A stretch of DNA of 63,955 nucleotides, the filler included. It is 4 parts of 4 records of this genome, joined end to end, with 100 filler letters (N's around TTAATTAATTAA, not from the genome) between each part and the next. Parts side by side here need not be neighbours in the genome. Positions count along the whole stretch, not along the records: positions 1 to 28,673 come from SRR20825010_4263; 3 more parts are not named here. The stretch is one strand, 5' to 3'. The notes beneath the pieces are model-generated. The model was not told the DNA's origin and searched no databases. It saw nothing but the letters and a program-made list of their open reading frames with translations. Position 1 is the stretch's first letter. Every line of letters begins with the position of its first letter. Shown here in pieces: positions 1 to 10,700 of this stretch. Both the position numbers and the translations under genes were made by a program.

Positions 1-171
1 ACGGGTGTTAATTATTTGAACACCTATTTACATCATTTAAAATCTATTGGTGTAAACCATGTAAGTCTAAATCTAAGGTTCAATTCCAATAGTATGGAAA
101 GCACCTTGGAGCGACTGGCAGAAAAAGTATTGCCAGAATTTCAAAAGAACAAAAAGTCAGCAAAAATATAA
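1..171 (+). CDS. 3' end of an LLM-class (luciferase-like) flavin-dependent oxidoreductase, partial
   Basis: Frame 1 is open from the window edge to TAA at 169-171: ...LHHLKSIGVNHVSLNLRFNSNSMESTLERLAEKVLPEF...; this resembles the C-terminus of luciferase-like monooxygenases. Not in the ORF track. Confidence 0.7.
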   Translation, partial: TGVNYLNTYLHHLKSIGVNHVSLNLRFNSNSMESTLERLAEKVLPEFQKNKKSAKI

Positions 172-701
172 CGAGCAAGGCTATAGTTGTCAGAGAAACA
201 GGGACGGCATAGTTAATTTGCCGTAATATAATTGGCCTAGGAAGCCTGTTGGCAACATTGGGCCCCAGACGAAATAGGGGCCAATCTGTTATTGGTCCTG
301 GCCATTTTAGAAAGTCTTTTGACAGCCTTAAGGGAGAAGAAAGAGGAGTATCTGCTCCGGCACATCCCGATACCTATGACGAAGGTAAAATGAGCCAGTC
401 TTTAGGGGTTAGGAATAAAATTCTGTACCATCTAAAGGTCTGCTTCAATTTTTAATAGCTAACCTCCTTTATTTCGACTATTCATATTAATCTGGATTTT
501 GCGATTATTCTACGGTTTTCGGATTGGTTCGATTGAATGTCATTTATGGAAATTTTAGGACAGTCTGTAATGGCCTTCAAATTTACGGTCAGGACATTTC
601 TTATGTTTCACATAAAAGAGTAGGCCATTCGCTGATTTTATAAAATTCATTTACTTCATATTAACATCTTTGTAAGGTAATAATAGTCCTAAAAGTATAC
701 A

Positions 702-2150
702 ATGATGAGAAAAATAAGCTTATTGTTTTTATTGATGACGCAATTATTTTTGGTGCTTTCCTGCTCCAACGATGCCGTACAAGATACATCGGCCGGGGAA
801 GAAGTAATAGATAGCGAGACCTATGTTGAAACCTATTCCGATACCGAATTTGAAGCCGCGGACTGGACTGATGATACCCATAGTAAATCAGCAGACCCTA
901 ACTTTGAAGAAGTTTTTGAGGATGAAGCAGTAAAACGTTTGGATATTGTAATTACCGAAGAGCGTTGGCAGAGTATGTTGGATGATATGACATCTCTGTA
1001 CTGAGCTTTTGGTGGTAGTGGAGGTCCCGGTGGTGGCCCTGGTGGAGGTGGATTGGCAGATGTTGATGAAGATCCTATTTTTGTCCCCGGCGATATCATG
1101 TATAATGGCAAGGAATGGTATCGGGTAGGGGTACGTTTTAAAGGCAATTCCAGTTTACAGTCCAGCTGGACCAGTGGCATCTTAAAATTATCCTTTAAGC
1201 TGGATTTTGATGAATTTGAGGATCAATACCCCCAAATAGACAATCAACGGTTTTATGGTTTTAAGAAATTGAGTTTGAAAAATAACTACAATGATAAATC
1301 CATGCTAAGGGAAAAGGTAGCTACCGATGTTTTCCGGGAAGCCGGTATAGCGAGTTCACACGCAGCATTTTATACCGTTTATGTGGATCATGGCGATGGA
1401 CCCCAATATTTTGGAGTTTATACATTGGTCGAAGAAGTGGATGACACGGTGATCGATACCCAGTTTTCCGATAATGATGGTAATTTATACAAACCGGATG
1501 GCACTGGCGCCAGTTTTGCCCAGGGCACCTTTGCCGAAGATGTATTTGTAAAGAAGACCAATGAAGATGTGGCCGATTTTAGCGATGTACAAAGTGTCTT
1601 CACGGCATTGCATTCATCGGAAAGAACCACGGATCCTGCAACTTGGCGTGCCAACTTGGAAAGTGTTTTTGACACCGATACCTTCTTGAAGTATTTGGCG
1701 GTCAATACAGTTATCCAAAACTGGGATACTTACGGCAGAATGACCCATAATTATTATCTGTACAATAATCCCGACACGGAAAAATTATCATGGATTCCAT
1801 GGGATAACAACGAGGCTTTGCAGGATGGGAATCAGCAAGGGGCGTTAAATTTGGATTTCTCCGATTTAAATGGGAGTGCATGGCCGTTGATCGGGTATTT
1901 GTATCAGAATGATACCTATAGGGCACAGTACGATGCATATGTGCGTGATGTAGTGGATAATGCCTTTAATATTAGTGATATGCAATCCAAATATGCAACC
2001 TATGGGGCATTGGTAGAACCTTACGCCAACCTAGAGGTTTACGGGTATTCATTTCTAAGTTCAAGTTCGGATTTTCAGGCAGCCATAAGCCAATTAAATA
2101 GTCACGTTAGTGCACGTACCACGGCAGTAAATAATTATTTGAACGATTAA
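702..2150 (+). pseudogene. CotH kinase family lipoprotein interrupted by one in-frame TGA at 1002-1004
   Basis: ORFs 702-1004 and 1053-2150 are in the same frame; the sequence reads SLY-TGA-AFGGSGGPGGGPGGGGLAD with no other stop. Lipobox LVLSC and CotH-type motifs VGVRFKGNSS, SFKLDFDEF, NWDTY...HNYYLY, WIPWDNNE. Confidence 0.8.
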
Positions 2151-2208
2151 TTGGTTTTTAGTTGATGAACCTTCAGGTTGATTAATTTTTATTGTTCCCC
2201 CGATGAAG

Positions 2209-2242
2209 ATTCGGCTACTCCTTAGGGTAGCCGGATTTTTTT
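2209..2242 (+). terminator. Rho-independent terminator after the CotH gene
   Basis: Hairpin TCGGCTACTC-CTTA-GGGTAGCCGG followed by a T-run. Confidence 0.75.
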
Positions 2243-2304
2243 ATTGGCTTCGTTTGGTAGTTGGATTTACAAACCCAAAATTTTGTAAATTCGTTCTAAG
2301 CTAG

Positions 2305-3159
2305 ATGACAAGGGATATTATAGACATAAACGACTTTATTATTTTGGTAGAAGAAGCCAAGGTAAATGAGGCTACCATAGATTCATGCTCTTTTGAAGAA
2401 CCTTTGATCGCTGTTGCCTTTTATGGCTCTGGCAATGTTGATTTAAAGGTAAAATATGGGAATAAACAGAAGGACTTTAATCATACCAAGGGTTTGGCAC
2501 TTTCATTTTTTGCAAATGATAAAGTAGAATTCGTACATACGGTCTCCTCCTCCAAGCCTTTGGAATGCTTGGTTATAGCCACCTCCATAAAAGCATTGGA
2601 TAAACTTCCCAATCAAGAAGGCGAGCTTTTTGGGGAAATGCTGGATCAGTTGGTGAACCCTTCGGATCATTATGTGGAGGGGCCGAGTTTTATTATGACG
2701 CCGGAAATGCAGACTATTGTTGATTCCTTATTTAATATTCAATATCAGGGCAAAACCAAAATGATGTTTTTCCGAAGTCAGATAACAACACTGCTTTCCC
2801 ATTTTTTCGGTCAGTTGGCCAGCTTGCAAACAGACAACCTAAGGATTCAGGAACGTAAAAAACTCAATCAGGCCAAAGAAATCCTATTGCAGAATATTGA
2901 CAATCCCCCTTCACTGAACGAAATTTCCAAACAAATTGGATTGAACACCTTTAAACTAAAAAAGGACTTTAAGGCATATTTTGGTGTTCCCGTTTTTAAA
3001 TACCTTCAGAACGAACGTTTGACCCTGGCCCATAAATTGATCCGCAATCAAGACGCCACCGTTCAGGAAGCGGCATGGCATGTGGGCTATGAAAGTTTAA
3101 GCTCTTTCTCCAATGCTTTTGAAAAAAAGTTTGGGTATAGACCTAGTCAGATCAAGTAG
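2305..3159 (+). CDS. AraC family transcriptional regulator
   Basis: C-terminal AraC double HTH: PPSLNEISKQIGLNTFKLKKDFK...TVQEAAWHVGYESLSSFSNAFEKKFGYRPS. Confidence 0.95.
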   Translation: MTRDIIDINDFIILVEEAKVNEATIDSCSFEEPLIAVAFYGSGNVDLKVKYGNKQKDFNHTKGLALSFFANDKVEFVHTVSSSKPLECLVIATSIKALDKLPNQEGELFGEMLDQLVNPSDHYVEGPSFIMTPEMQTIVDSLFNIQYQGKTKMMFFRSQITTLLSHFFGQLASLQTDNLRIQERKKLNQAKEILLQNIDNPPSLNEISKQIGLNTFKLKKDFKAYFGVPVFKYLQNERLTLAHKLIRNQDATVQEAAWHVGYESLSSFSNAFEKKFGYRPSQIK

Positions 3160-3251
3160 CCTCCTTTTAGAACAAATCTTTCTCCATTTGGGACAAACCT
3201 CCCAGAGCACATTCAAATAATTTTGACATGTAATTTTTAAACTAAAAAGTC

Positions 3252-3653
3252 ATGAAAATTAAACGTGCTCTGCTTATCGGTATTGCCATATGGATTATCG
3301 CAATACTATTTTATTCAATTTCTTACTATGTCCCGGTTTTGGAAAATGCTGAGACACAGGCAAATCTTGTATTGTTTGCTGTAGTCATACCATTGGTGTG
3401 GTGGGGTTGTTCCTTCTACTACAGGAAAGAAAAGGATACACATGGGTATTTGGTGGGCCAAACATTGTTGTTGACTGCTGTGGTATTGGATGCCTTGATC
3501 ACAGTCCCGTTCTTCATAATTCCAACAGGAGGAAGTCACTATAGCTTCTTCACATCTTTAGGATTCTGGATTATAGCGGCCGAATTTTTATTGGTAGCGG
3601 TATTGTACTGGTATACTCGTGTATATCCCAAAACAAACATCTTAAAACATTAA
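3252..3653 (+). CDS. Four-TM membrane protein (DUF5367-like)
   Basis: 133 aa, four hydrophobic segments, LDALITVP motif; first gene of a co-oriented cluster after the AraC gene. Confidence 0.7.
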   Translation: MKIKRALLIGIAIWIIAILFYSISYYVPVLENAETQANLVLFAVVIPLVWWGCSFYYRKEKDTHGYLVGQTLLLTAVVLDALITVPFFIIPTGGSHYSFFTSLGFWIIAAEFLLVAVLYWYTRVYPKTNILKH

Positions 3654-3657
3654 AGCT

Positions 3658-4167
3658 ATGGAAATCACAATTGAAAATATAGGGATTACCGCATTGATAT
3701 TGCTAACCGGCTTATCGGCAGGTCTATGTTTCACCTGGTCCAATGCCATTACCCCGGGGATTGGCAGACTGAACGATCCTGGCTATTTAATGTCCTTTCA
3801 GCAAATGAACAGAACAATAATAAACCCCTTATTTTTGCTGGTCTTCTTTGGACCTTCCATTGTGGGGGCTATTAATCTATATCTCTTTAAAAATGCACCA
3901 AGCCCATTAATCTGGTCATTGATCTTAGGGATAGCAATTTATTTTTTCGGAGTTATTTTGGTAACCATATTTGGTAATGTGCCTCTAAATGAGGTGTTGG
4001 ATAAAACCGACTTAAATTCTGCCAGTATTGAAGAGCTTAGACAATTGAGGGAAAGGTTTGAGGTAAAATGGAATCGCCTGCATCTCATCAGGACCTTGAG
4101 TTCCATAATTTCATTCCTGCTTCTTTTGATCGGCCTTTTTCAAGTCACTAAATACAACATTCAATAG
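3658..4167 (+). CDS. DUF1772 / anthrone oxygenase family membrane protein
   Basis: Motifs GLSAGL, FQQMNRTIINP, VTIFGNVPLN, WNRLHLIRT. Confidence 0.85.
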   Translation: MEITIENIGITALILLTGLSAGLCFTWSNAITPGIGRLNDPGYLMSFQQMNRTIINPLFLLVFFGPSIVGAINLYLFKNAPSPLIWSLILGIAIYFFGVILVTIFGNVPLNEVLDKTDLNSASIEELRQLRERFEVKWNRLHLIRTLSSIISFLLLLIGLFQVTKYNIQ

Positions 4168-4193
4168 ATAAACCTAATCATTATAAATATAAT

Positions 4194-4223
4194 TAAACAT
4201 AAACATAAACATAAACGTAAATA
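4194..4223 (+). repeat. Hexanucleotide tandem repeat (TAAACA)3-TAAACG-TAAATA
   Basis: Visible directly; ends 3 nt before the ATG at 4227. Confidence 0.8.
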
Positions 4224-4226
4224 GAA

Positions 4227-5108
4227 ATGGAAAACATGAACAACATTTTAGTAATCGGCGGGACTGGAAAAACCGGCCAAAAAGTAGTGAAAAGATTAAG
4301 CGAAGCCGGACATAACGTTAGAATTGGCTCTAGATCGGCAACTCCGGCCTTCGATTGGGAAAATCCTGAAACGTGGTCTCAAAGCATGGAAGGAATGGAT
4401 AAAGTATATATTACATTTCAGCCAGACTTGGCCGTTCCCGGAGCTTTGGAAGCCATTGAGGAGTTAACCAAAAAAGCGAAACAAAGCAATGTAAAAAAGT
4501 TGGTTCTTTTGTCGGGAAAGGGAGAAAGGGAAGCCGAACTGTGTGAACAGGTGGTGATACATTCAGGATTGGATTACACCATTGTTCGGGCCAGTTGGTT
4601 TAATCAAAATTTTAGTGAAAGCTTTTTCTTGGAACCCATTTTGGAAGGTTTTGTAGCCTTGCCACAGGCAGAGGCCAAAGTTCCCTATGTGGATACCGAT
4701 GATATTGCCGATGTGGCCGTAGCAGCCTTGTTGGGCGAGGAGCACAATGGAAAAATTTATCAGCTTACAGGGCCTAGGCAGCTTACTTTTAAGGAAGTGA
4801 TCCAAGAAATCTCGGATGCCACTGGAAGGGACATCGCATTTACACCTATTGCCTTACCGGCCTACACCCAAGTGATGAAACAACAAGGGGTCCCTGCCGA
4901 TTTTGTTTGGCTTATAGAGTATCTATTCTCTGAAGTGCTTGGAAATCCCAACAATGCGGAGATTACCCATGATATAGAAAAAGTTTTGGGAAGAAAACCA
5001 AAGGATTTTTCAGATTATGTAAAGGAAACTGCAGCAACAGGGATTTGGAATTCCCCTTCTTTACAAATTGCAGGAAGTGATACCGGGAAAGAATTATTAA
5101 AACCTTAA
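4227..5108 (+). CDS. NmrA-like NAD(P)H-binding protein (atypical SDR)
   Basis: Rossmann motif ILVIGGTGKTG; WFNQNF, VDTDDIADVA, LGRKPKDF. Confidence 0.9.
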   Translation: MENMNNILVIGGTGKTGQKVVKRLSEAGHNVRIGSRSATPAFDWENPETWSQSMEGMDKVYITFQPDLAVPGALEAIEELTKKAKQSNVKKLVLLSGKGEREAELCEQVVIHSGLDYTIVRASWFNQNFSESFFLEPILEGFVALPQAEAKVPYVDTDDIADVAVAALLGEEHNGKIYQLTGPRQLTFKEVIQEISDATGRDIAFTPIALPAYTQVMKQQGVPADFVWLIEYLFSEVLGNPNNAEITHDIEKVLGRKPKDFSDYVKETAATGIWNSPSLQIAGSDTGKELLKP

Positions 5109-5113
5109 AATTT

Positions 5114-5458
5114 ATGCCACATTTTATAATAGATTGTTCAGAAAACCTTATTTCATTAAAATCACCTGATGTGATTATAGAAAATGTATATGATGCCGCA
5201 GAGTCTACAGCGCTTTTTGATCCAGGGGATATAAAGGTGAGAATCAATCCATTTAAGTATTACAATGTTGGGGATACTAAGAATGATTTTGTTCACATTT
5301 TTGCCAATATTATGGAAGGAAGGACGGTAGAACAAAAGGCTATGTTATCAAAAACAGTGGTAACAAAATTAAAGCAAGTGTTTCCTGAAGTTCCCATTCT
5401 ATCCATGAACATTCGAGATTTTGAAGCGGCAACTTATTTTAATAAACCTATGATTTAA
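5114..5458 (+). CDS. 5-carboxymethyl-2-hydroxymuconate isomerase family tautomerase
   Basis: N-terminal catalytic Pro (MPHFIIDCS); DIKVR, FVHI, GRTVEQK motifs. Confidence 0.85.
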   Translation: MPHFIIDCSENLISLKSPDVIIENVYDAAESTALFDPGDIKVRINPFKYYNVGDTKNDFVHIFANIMEGRTVEQKAMLSKTVVTKLKQVFPEVPILSMNIRDFEAATYFNKPMI

Positions 5459-5463
5459 AAAAG

Positions 5464-5757
5464 ATGAGTACAGAAGAGAAATTAAAAATGTTAAATGCTA
5501 GTTGGGAGTTACATAGTCAAGTTGAAACAAGTTACCTGAAAAACCCTGCAAATAGGGATGATGCGGAGTGGTTGGAAAAACAGCGTTTGCTTTTGGCCGA
5601 TATGGCGTTGCATTTATTGCAAACATCAATCAAACCGGGTGAAATTAAATTGGATAGGTTGCGCGATAATTTACATGCCATATTAACTATAACAGATCAA
5701 TTTTTACCAAATGCTGATCTTAAAAAGGCTACTGAAAAATTGTACTGCAATGAATAA
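5464..5757 (+). CDS. Hypothetical helical protein
   Basis: 97-aa ORF tightly packed in the co-oriented cluster; no recognised motif. Confidence 0.65.
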   Translation: MSTEEKLKMLNASWELHSQVETSYLKNPANRDDAEWLEKQRLLLADMALHLLQTSIKPGEIKLDRLRDNLHAILTITDQFLPNADLKKATEKLYCNE

Positions 5758-6157
5758 TCACAAGAATAGGTCAATAATTACATTCAGTATCCTTCTTTAT
5801 GCCATTGTTGTTCCATTTATGGAAATCAATGCAACCCATGTTTTCAATCCAAATTGGACTCCCCATGTTAGAATTCATGAGGTATGGCAATTAATTACCA
5901 ATTCCGGTATAGGGTTGTTTAGTATCTGGTTGGTTTGGGGTAAGAATGAAACCAAGATCAGTGCAATATTGAGCTTACTCGTTACCGGAGGATTTTTGGT
6001 CGCATTTATGCTACAAGAGTTCTATGGTGGCTCCATGAAATACCTTGATGGTAGCGAAAAACAACTCTTGGGAATTAATATTGGTGTTTTAGGTTTTGGG
6101 ATAGCTTTTATCTTACTCTTAATTACTATTCCAATTAAAAAGAAACTCAAACAATGA
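5750..6157 (+). CDS. Membrane protein with HVFNPNWTPHVRIHEVWQ motif (DUF6640-like)
   Basis: Four hydrophobic segments and a conserved-looking His-rich motif; the ATG at 5750 overlaps the upstream stop and is preferred over 5711. Confidence 0.7.
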   Translation: MNNHKNRSIITFSILLYAIVVPFMEINATHVFNPNWTPHVRIHEVWQLITNSGIGLFSIWLVWGKNETKISAILSLLVTGGFLVAFMLQEFYGGSMKYLDGSEKQLLGINIGVLGFGIAFILLLITIPIKKKLKQ

Positions 6158-6183
6158 TTTTCTTAATCCTCAAAAACAACAAT

Positions 6184-7125
6184 ATGAAATATAAAAAAAT
6201 CACATCCATTTTTTTGACTTTCCTATTAACCTTTATTTCTTGCCAGAATAGCATAAAATCAAATCTCACCTTACTTGGAGATCAAATCCCAACAGATACT
6301 CCTTTGGTTTTTGGACCTCGTATTATTTCCACTGACGCTGCCATGGAATTCGCAATAACCTTCAGTCCTGAAATGGACGAAATGTATTTTACACGTCGTA
6401 GACCAAAAGAGAGAAATAATATTTTTGTCACAAAATTAGTTGATGGTCAGTGGGCAGAACCAGATTTAGCATTTTTTTCGTCAGAGGATACATGGGATTT
6501 TGAACCTCATATCAATCCAAAAGGCGATGTACTTTATTTTGGAACTAATAGGCCACTTAACGATACTATTGCATCATCGGGAATACATGAATGGCATATT
6601 AAGAAAAACAAAAATGATTGGAGCCGACCAAAGCTTGTGGCAGAACTATTTAAAGATAGGTTTATAATGTTTGTAACCTCTTCAGAGAATGGCAACTTGT
6701 ATTTCAACTCTGAGGAATTAGGGGCTAACCCCGACGATGAGCTTAGTATTTATTATGTTGTTAATAATGAAGGTCGATATACGGATTTTATAAAAATGGG
6801 TAAGGAAATAAATTCTGGAACCATGATAGCGCACCCCTTTATAGCACCCGATGAAAGCTATATGATATTTGATGGTATCAGGTCTTCCGGATATGGGGAC
6901 TGTGATTTATATATCAGTTTTAAGGAAAATGGAGTCTGGACCAAATCCTATAATTTGGGGCCTGAAATAAATACAGAAATGTGCGAGATGACCGCGAGTG
7001 TTTCACCTGATGGAAAGTATCTATTTTTTCACAGAGGAGGAGGGGATATAGGAGATATTTATTGGGTAGATTTCCGACTGGTATTGGAAAGAATAAAAAA
7101 AACTGGAGGAAGTAAAGTATTGTGA
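6184..7125 (+). CDS. PD40/TolB-like beta-propeller lipoprotein
   Basis: Lipobox FISC after MKYKK; PD40 repeats FSPEMDEMYFT, PFIAPDESYMIF, VSPDGKYLFF. Confidence 0.85.
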   Translation: MKYKKITSIFLTFLLTFISCQNSIKSNLTLLGDQIPTDTPLVFGPRIISTDAAMEFAITFSPEMDEMYFTRRRPKERNNIFVTKLVDGQWAEPDLAFFSSEDTWDFEPHINPKGDVLYFGTNRPLNDTIASSGIHEWHIKKNKNDWSRPKLVAELFKDRFIMFVTSSENGNLYFNSEELGANPDDELSIYYVVNNEGRYTDFIKMGKEINSGTMIAHPFIAPDESYMIFDGIRSSGYGDCDLYISFKENGVWTKSYNLGPEINTEMCEMTASVSPDGKYLFFHRGGGDIGDIYWVDFRLVLERIKKTGGSKVL

Positions 7126-7577
7126 TGAAATTTAGAAAAGCAACAAAGAATGATGTTCCGGCCATTGTAGAAATGATTGCCGATGATGAGTTGGGAAAAA
7201 CTCGGGAAGATTTCAAAACACCCTTGCCAGTGGAGTATTACAAGGCTTTTGCGAACATAGTTCAGGATAACAACCAAGAACTCATTGTGGTTGAAAATGA
7301 AGCTGGGGAGGTAGTTGGCACCTTACAACTTTCCTTTATACAATACCTTACTTATCGTGGAGGTGTCAGGGCACAGATTGAAGCGGTACGGATTAGGAAG
7401 GACCAAAGGGGAACAGGTCTCGGCACCGAAATGTTCCATTGGGCCATAGGCAGGGCAAAAGAAAGAAAGGCCCACGTATTGCAATTGACCACGGACAAGA
7501 AAAGGCCCAAGGCGATAGCTTTTTATACAAAATTGGGGTTTAAGGCCAGCCATGAAGGGATGAAGATGCATTTTTGA
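7125..7577 (+). CDS. GNAT family N-acetyltransferase
   Basis: Motif A RKDQRGTGLG and AIAFYTKLGF; TGATG overlap with the upstream stop. Confidence 0.92.
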   Translation: MKFRKATKNDVPAIVEMIADDELGKTREDFKTPLPVEYYKAFANIVQDNNQELIVVENEAGEVVGTLQLSFIQYLTYRGGVRAQIEAVRIRKDQRGTGLGTEMFHWAIGRAKERKAHVLQLTTDKKRPKAIAFYTKLGFKASHEGMKMHF

Positions 7578-7745
7578 TCGGATTGTTTTCAAAACGTAAC
7601 AATTTAACCCTCCTGACGTTGGGGGGTATAGAAATAATGGAACCTATTATTCTAAAAATCATTTAACAGGAAAAAGCGGACAGAATAACGATTGGTCATT
7701 GTAATGTCAGAAACAAAATGTAAGTTGGTACCGTAATACCATTGC

Positions 7746-10700
7746 ATGAAGAAAACCTACTTTTTAGCTCTATTGAGCTTTTTCCATTTTGCCGTATCGG
7801 CGCAATCGGAATTCATTACTACCTGGAAAACTGATAATCCAGGGGTTTCACAAGATAATCAAATTACAATCCCCACATATCCCGGTGAAGTATACAACTA
7901 TAATGTTGACTGGGGAGATGGCACCTCTGATTTGAACGTTACAGGGAATATTACCCACACCTACGCCAGTATGGGAACTTATCAAGTTTCCATTACCGGG
8001 GTGTTTCCACGGATATATTTCCAAAACTCAGGTGAGGGTGAAAAAATCCTTTCGATAGATCAATGGGGCAACAATAAATGGGTCTCCATGTTTTCGGCAT
8101 TTTGGCTGTGCAATAATTTGGATATTTCAGCCACAGATATTCCTGATTTGTCCCAGGTGGAGAGTATGGTTAATATGTTTTCCAACTGTAGTTCCTTAGT
8201 TGGGAACAACTCATTAGCGTCCTGGGATGTAAGCAATATTACCGATATGTCCTCGCTATTTACGGGGGCATTAAACTTTAATATTGACCTATCTAATTGG
8301 AACGTCAGTTCAGTTGTTTCTATGGCCGGAATGTTCTCAGGAACTGCTTTTAATCAAGATATTAGTGGATGGAACGTTTCTAATGTTGAAGATATGGCCG
8401 TAATGTTTTCATCAGCAACAGCTTTTAATATGGACATTTCAAATTGGGACGTAGCAAACGTTAAAAACATGAGTGGGATGTTTAAATATGCCACTGAGTT
8501 TAATCAGCCAATTGTTAATTGGAATGTGGGCAATGTCACAATCATGGAAAATATGTTCAATAACGCCTATAACTTTAATCAAGATATTGGCAATTGGGAT
8601 GTCTCCAATGTTACTAATATGTCATCAATGTTTGAGGGCGCCGTAGCTTTTGATCAAGATTTGGGGGGCTGGAATATTCAAAGTGTGGAAGGGGTTAGCA
8701 AGATTTTTACCGGGGTTAAATTATCATCAAGAAATTATGATAGCTTGCTTAGGGGATGGAGCAGTTTACCTTCTTTAAAACCAAATTTGGAATTTGACGC
8801 TGGTAATAGTAATTTTTGCGAGGGGTTTGCAGCAAGACAGGCCCTAATAGATAATAATGGGTGGATGGTTACAGATGCTGGACAAGACTGTCCGTTTATT
8901 ACCACCTGGAAGACGGACAACCCAGGCATTTCTGATAGTTATCAAGTTACTATTCCAACTTTTCCGGGAGAAACCTATGATTATAACATTGATTGGGGAG
9001 ATGGATCCTCTAATACCAATGTAACGGGGGACATAACACATTCCTATGCTGCAGTTGGTACGTATGAAATATCCATTTCAGGTAAATTTCCGCGCATTTA
9101 TTTTAATTATTTTCCCGTTGATGAGATAAAGGATTATGAAAAGTTGATATCTATAGATCAATGGGGAAGTATAAATTGGACCTCTATGGAGGATGCATTT
9201 ACAAAATGTTCCAATCTAGATATTCGAGCTACCGATACTCCAAACTTATCCAATGTTAGGAATATGGGTTATATGTTTAGAGGGTGTACCAAATTAATTG
9301 GCAATGCTAGTTTTTCTGAATGGGATGTAAGTAATGTAACTGGGATGTTTGGTGTTTTTATTGACTGCCCTTTATTTAACCAGGATATAAGCAATTGGTA
9401 TGTTGATAATGTTACGGACATGGGGTCCATGTTTGCAGGAGCTTATTCTTTTAATCAAGATATTTCTTCATGGAATGTAGCCAATGTTATCCGTATGTCC
9501 GGCTTATTTAACCGAGCTAGTTCTTTTAACCAAGATATAGGAGATTGGAATGTGTCTAAAGTTAATGATATGGGTTACATGTTCAATTCAGCGAATAGTT
9601 TTGATCAAGATATTTCAAATTGGGATGTTTCCAATGTTAAAAGAACCGAAGGAATGTTCATGGGCAACCAAGTGTTTAACCAAAGCCTAGATGGCTGGGA
9701 TGTTTCAAATGTCACCAGTATGGCTGTCATGTTTTATGATGCTCCACTTTTCAATCAAGATATAGGGGAATGGGATGTATCTAATGTCACCAATATGGCG
9801 AGGATGTTTGGAAGAGCTTTTTCTTTTGATCAAGATTTGGGTAATTGGGATGTAAGCAATGTAGCAGATATGACAGCCATTTTATCGGGTGTTACTTTAT
9901 CTACCAAAAACTATGATAGTTTGTTAAAGGGTTGGGGCAGTTTGCCGAATCTTCAAAATAATATCGTTTTTGATGGCGGAAACAGTAAATATTGTGGTTC
10001 TGTATCTGAGAGGCAGACAATGATAGACACCTATGGTTGGACAATTTCCGATGCAGGGGCCAATACCGAATGTCATTTTGTAACTACTTGGAAGACAGAT
10101 AACCCTGGTGCTACCAGTGATGATAGAATACGTATTCCTACAGCTCCAGGTGAAATCTACAATTACTCTGTAGATTGGGGCGATGGTAACACTGATACAG
10201 GGATTACAGGAAATATAACCCATCAATTTGCAGTACGTGGAACGTATACGGTATCCGTATACGGGAAATTTCCTAGAATATACTTTAATGATTTTTATGG
10301 AACGACCCAAGATTCGGACAAAATTGTTTCAATAGACCAGTGGGGTTCAGGGGAATGGACTTCCATGGACAATGCTTTTACACATTGTTCTAATCTGGAC
10401 GTATTGGCTACCGATACTCCAAATTTGGAAAAGGTTAGTTCTGCAATTGGGATGTTCAGGTTTTGTGAAGCCTTGGTAGGAAATGACTCCTTCGCCGATT
10501 GGAGGGTAGGCTCTATTACGAATTTCGGTAATATGTTCGATGGGGCAAAACTCTTCAATCAGGATATAGGTAGTTGGGATGTTTCCAATGCAACCTATCT
10601 GTCATTCATGTTTTCCGATGCCACCAAATTTAATAGTGATATCTCCAATTGGGATATTGGCAAGGTTGAATTCCTAGATGGTATGTTTGTCGGAGCTAAG

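Noticed and set aside
249-455. 68-aa ORF between the LLM and CotH genes
   Set aside because: TTG start and no recognisable motif; it could be a decayed remnant but I cannot support a call.
1002-1004. Selenocysteine or alternative-code readthrough of the CotH TGA
   Set aside because: The codon sits at the start of a Gly-rich linker rather than at a catalytic Cys position, I saw no convincing SECIS, and TGA is a normal stop elsewhere on this contig (e.g. 7577, 19571).
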